This document shows positions 61,158-64,000 of a DNA stretch of 64,000 bases, piece by piece. How positions within the stretch are numbered: position 1 is the stretch's first letter; every line of letters starts with the position of its first letter. The translations under genes and the position numbers were made by a program. The notes beneath the pieces were generated by a model. The model saw only the letters and a program-made list of their open reading frames with translations. It was not told the origin of the DNA and did not search any database. Origin of the DNA: Planctomycetota bacterium (lineage in GTDB: Bacteria; Planctomycetota; SZUA-567; H5-PLA8); NCBI GenBank assembly GCA_038227875.1, contig JBBRPR010000006.1, positions 161,272 through 225,271 on the forward strand. Reading direction: 5' to 3'.

Positions 61158-62138
61158 CTACATTCCTGCGCGCCATTCGGTCGGTGTGCAGCCCTTCTGC
61201 TTCTTAAAGACCAGGCTGAAATACTGCGGCGTCACGAAGCCCAGATCCAACGCGATGTCGGTGATGCTCGCCGTACTTTCGCGCAGGCGTCGCGCACCTT
61301 CTTGTACGCGCGCGTCGGTGAGATACTCCAGAGGCGTCTTGCCGGTGTGCTGCTTGAACAACACGGCCAGATACGCCGGCGATAATCCAGTGCGCTCGGC
61401 CATCTGCTGCAGCGACGGCGGATCGGCCAGCCGTGAGCTCACAAAGCGCAGCAACTCCGCCATGCGCGGATCGTCCTGCGGCGGAAGTTCCGGAGTCATG
61501 CAGGTCGCACCGTGCTTGGCGTACGCGCGCGCGACGACGACGAGCAGTTCGATCAGCAGCGCCTGCAGCATCAGCAGCTTCAGCAGCTTCAGCGCGCGAT
61601 CGCGCGGATCGCCGCTGACGCCGTCCAGCTCCCCGAGAATCTTGCGGAACGTGGTCTCGAGTCCCGCGCCGCCAGGCACGACGCGGCGGTTGAGCGTCAA
61701 AAATTCGTCGTGGAGCGATTGCGCGTCCTGCAGCGCGAGGTTCACGTCGGAATTCGCCGCGGAGATGTGCGGCTGCGGGAGTTGCTTCGCCGCGGTCGCG
61801 CCGACGACGCCAGGCAGCGCGCGCAGGTCCATCGCCAGCGCGAAGATGTGGTAGGGATTTTTGGGATCGGCGTGTCCGCCGTGAACTTCGCCCGGGCGCG
61901 TGATGTAGAGGTCGCCGGCGTTCAGCGCATAGTTCTGCCCCTCCGCAAACCACTCCCCCTTCCCCGCGTGGATGTAGCAGATTTCAAACGTCTCGTGCGT
62001 GTGTGGATCGAGATTGTGGTTGGGGAGACAGATGCCTTCAGACACATACATCAGCGCCGGAAACTCCGGCAGCGGACAGTAGTGCGAATGAATATGCGCG
62101 ATCCCCTCATGGGGCCGCGAACCAAAATCGCGAGGCAT
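61158..62138 (-). CDS. AraC-family regulator
   Basis: PHTHETFEI cupin plus ITDIALDLGFVTPQYFSLVFKK..G.TP. Confidence 0.93.
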   Translation of the reverse strand: MPRDFGSRPHEGIAHIHSHYCPLPEFPALMYVSEGICLPNHNLDPHTHETFEICYIHAGKGEWFAEGQNYALNAGDLYITRPGEVHGGHADPKNPYHIFALAMDLRALPGVVGATAAKQLPQPHISAANSDVNLALQDAQSLHDEFLTLNRRVVPGGAGLETTFRKILGELDGVSGDPRDRALKLLKLLMLQALLIELLVVVARAYAKHGATCMTPELPPQDDPRMAELLRFVSSRLADPPSLQQMAERTGLSPAYLAVLFKQHTGKTPLEYLTDARVQEGARRLRESTASITDIALDLGFVTPQYFSLVFKKQKGCTPTEWRAGM

Positions 62139-62286
62139 CGAGAACCCTTGGAATGTCGAGGGATGAATGTCGAAACCCGACGTTCATCGTTTCCTGTACG
62201 TAAATCAATCGATCTTTAACGCGCCGCACACCACCGATGAGCCATAATCCTACACGAACTTTACGACGGCGGCGAGAGCGCCGTTC

Positions 62287-62400
62287 GTGGTCCGGGCGGT
62301 CCGGTCCGCGACGGACAGACCCGACTCCTGCAAGAGTCGCGTCGTCGGGAAGAACCCGTTGAATTTGCAAGATGACCGGGCGGGACGCCCGGACCACAAA
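62287..62400. repeat. Degenerate REPIN-like element
   Basis: The right arm (62376-62400, reverse complement TTTGTGGTCCGGGCGTCCCGCCCGG) differs at 2 of 25 positions from the arm at 19857-19881. The left arm GTGGTCCGGGCG is partly decayed. Confidence 0.8.
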
Positions 62401-62417
62401 CTACAGGAGCCATCTCC

Positions 62418-63287
62418 ATGTCCCCCACCCCAGTCCTCGAAGCCCAGCCCCGCGAAGCAGTCGAGCAACTGTTCCGCGACGGATTTTGCGTCTTCAAAAA
62501 CATTCTGTCGCCAGAGATGCTCAGAGAACTCCGCACCGTTACTGCGGACCTGCTGGCCGAAGCCGGCTCGAAGCATCATGAACAGTACCGCTACCAGGGC
62601 AGCAACATTTCCGTCGCGTACCAACACGAAGTCTTCGCGCGGCTGTTCGCGTGGCCTCAGGCCCTGGCCGGGTTGAGGCAACTGGGATTCGCGCATCCGA
62701 AATGGATGAGCGCCTATCTGCTCAGCAAACCGCCGAAAGCTCCGCCGCTGTATTGGCATCAGGATTGGTGGGCGTGGGACGAACCGTGCAGCGCCGGCGC
62801 CACTCCGCCGCAATTGTTTCTGATGTACTACCTGACCGACACGACGCGCGAGAACGGTTGCCTGCGCGTGATCCCCGGCACGCACCGCAGGCGCATCGCG
62901 CTTCACGATCTGCTTCCGCCCGCGCACGCCAAGGAAGCCTACGAAGCGCCGCTGGATTCGCCGCTCTTCCAGGATCACCCGGATGCGCGCGACATCACGG
63001 TCAAGGCTGGTGATCTGGTGATCGGCGACGCGCGGGTGCTTCACGCCGCGCACGCCAACCAGACCGATCAACCGCGGTCGTGTTTGACGCTGTGGTACTT
63101 CGCCGACTTCGAAGCGCTGAGCGAACCGATTCAAGCCTACATGGGCCGCAAGGAACCACTCGATCTTCCCAACTGGTGGCCCGGCGAAGCTGGCCGCGCG
63201 ATGGAGCCGCTGATCCCGTACTACAAAGGTACCGCACAGCCCGCGAAGTGGTGCCGCGTGCCGGGGCGGCATTTGGGGGAGTCGTGA
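62418..63287 (+). CDS. Phytanoyl-CoA dioxygenase (PhyH) family 2OG/Fe(II) oxygenase
   Basis: DGF, WHQD, YLTDT.RENGCLRVIPGTH, AGD and H...N....R motifs; AGGAG SD. Confidence 0.92.
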   Translation: MSPTPVLEAQPREAVEQLFRDGFCVFKNILSPEMLRELRTVTADLLAEAGSKHHEQYRYQGSNISVAYQHEVFARLFAWPQALAGLRQLGFAHPKWMSAYLLSKPPKAPPLYWHQDWWAWDEPCSAGATPPQLFLMYYLTDTTRENGCLRVIPGTHRRRIALHDLLPPAHAKEAYEAPLDSPLFQDHPDARDITVKAGDLVIGDARVLHAAHANQTDQPRSCLTLWYFADFEALSEPIQAYMGRKEPLDLPNWWPGEAGRAMEPLIPYYKGTAQPAKWCRVPGRHLGES

Positions 63288-63360
63288 GGGTGAGGACTGA
63301 GGAAAAATCCGCCGCTTTCAGTGGGTGAGCGCTAGCGAACAAGAACCTCGTCCACTTCAT

Positions 63361-64000
63361 CTATCTTCGGCCGGCGACTCCGGCGTAGAAGGGTGCTTTG
63401 TTGGGCATGGGGACATGGGGTTTCTTCGGCGCGGTGGTGAACTTGGCTTCTTTGACCACGATGGGCGGTTCGGTTGTGTCCGGAGTTGTCCGGTTTTGGC
63501 CGCTTTCTGATGCGGGCTCGACGGTTGTAGTGGCGGGTTGGCCGGTTGTGTCCGCTTTTGGCCGGTCTTGGCCGCTTTCAGCGGCTTCAAGTTCGGACTG
63601 GGCTTTCATCGCGGCTTCTTTGCGTTTGAGTTTGTCGAAGTAGACGAACTCGCGCCACTTTTCGGCGCTCGCCTGGCGTTCTTGTTGAGCGATCAGTTTC
63701 ATGCCTAAAACGATCGCTCGTTCGTGCGTTTTTTCGTCGTGGGAGTTGAGCATGTCGAAGGCTAAATTCATCGCATTCTGAGCGAAGTTGGCTTGTTCGA
63801 CAGCGGCGATGGCCATCGCGGTCTGGGCCATCGTGCGGGCGCCGTCGCGCTGGGTTTCGAGTTCTTCGCGGAAGACTTCGTCTTTGATCCAGCGGCGGAG
63901 CGTGCGGTCGCAGATCTTGAGTTCGGCGGCGATTTCGTGCTGGCGGTAGCCTTGGACGAGCAGGTCGATGGCACGGTCGTGAATGGGGTCGAGCGTTTTC
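63361..64000 (-). CDS. HTH-domain protein with repetitive C-terminal tail (5' end beyond the window)
   Basis: The frame is open from the window edge: KTLDPIHDRAIDLLVQGYRQHEIAAELKICDRTLRRWIKDEVFREEL.. (HTH), continuing into ORF 63361..63831. Confidence 0.8.
   Translation of the reverse strand, partial: KTLDPIHDRAIDLLVQGYRQHEIAAELKICDRTLRRWIKDEVFREELETQRDGARTMAQTAMAIAAVEQANFAQNAMNLAFDMLNSHDEKTHERAIVLGMKLIAQQERQASAEKWREFVYFDKLKRKEAAMKAQSELEAAESGQDRPKADTTGQPATTTVEPASESGQNRTTPDTTEPPIVVKEAKFTTAPKKPHVPMPNKAPFYAGVAGRR

Noticed and set aside
63361..64000. Prophage or IS boundary at the HTH gene
   Set aside because: No integrase, DDE domain, terminal repeats or phage genes are visible in this window; cannot be supported.

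Overview
GC-rich bacterial chromosomal segment, probably from a Planctomycetota-type organism. This is inferred from the 'RRWFQWRLSTLL' membrane-protein motif, the many large secreted PKD/YVTN/NHL proteins, a Hanks kinase and the repeat landscape. It has about 47 genes. Housekeeping genes are proS, thiC with a TPP riboswitch, folD, tkt and a TrmH methyltransferase. Carbohydrate-related genes include GH44, GH4, heparinase II/III-like, DUF4832-like and CBM9-like proteins, plus a GntR-isomerase-dehydrogenase-deoC-PfkB operon. There are three divergent AraC/enzyme modules and two AT-rich orphan genes, one resembling an Imm11 immunity protein. I saw no tRNA, rRNA, CRISPR array or transposase. The strongest novel signal is that two unrelated Sec-secreted proteins (the GH44 glucanase and a ~1680-aa YVTN/beta-helix protein) end in the same ~140-aa domain (LDAKGK ... 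Y-x-AK-x-G-x-SG-x(2,3)-K-stop), a candidate lineage-specific export or anchoring signal. Other signals are heptamer-repeat hairpins that keep a 7-bp period but differ in sequence, REP/REPIN doublets, an AT-hook nucleoid-protein candidate, a perfect 28-bp palindrome, 10-bp-period repeats inside an HTH gene and a structured leader upstream of a HAD hydrolase. Family assignments come from motif recognition only; no database searches were run.
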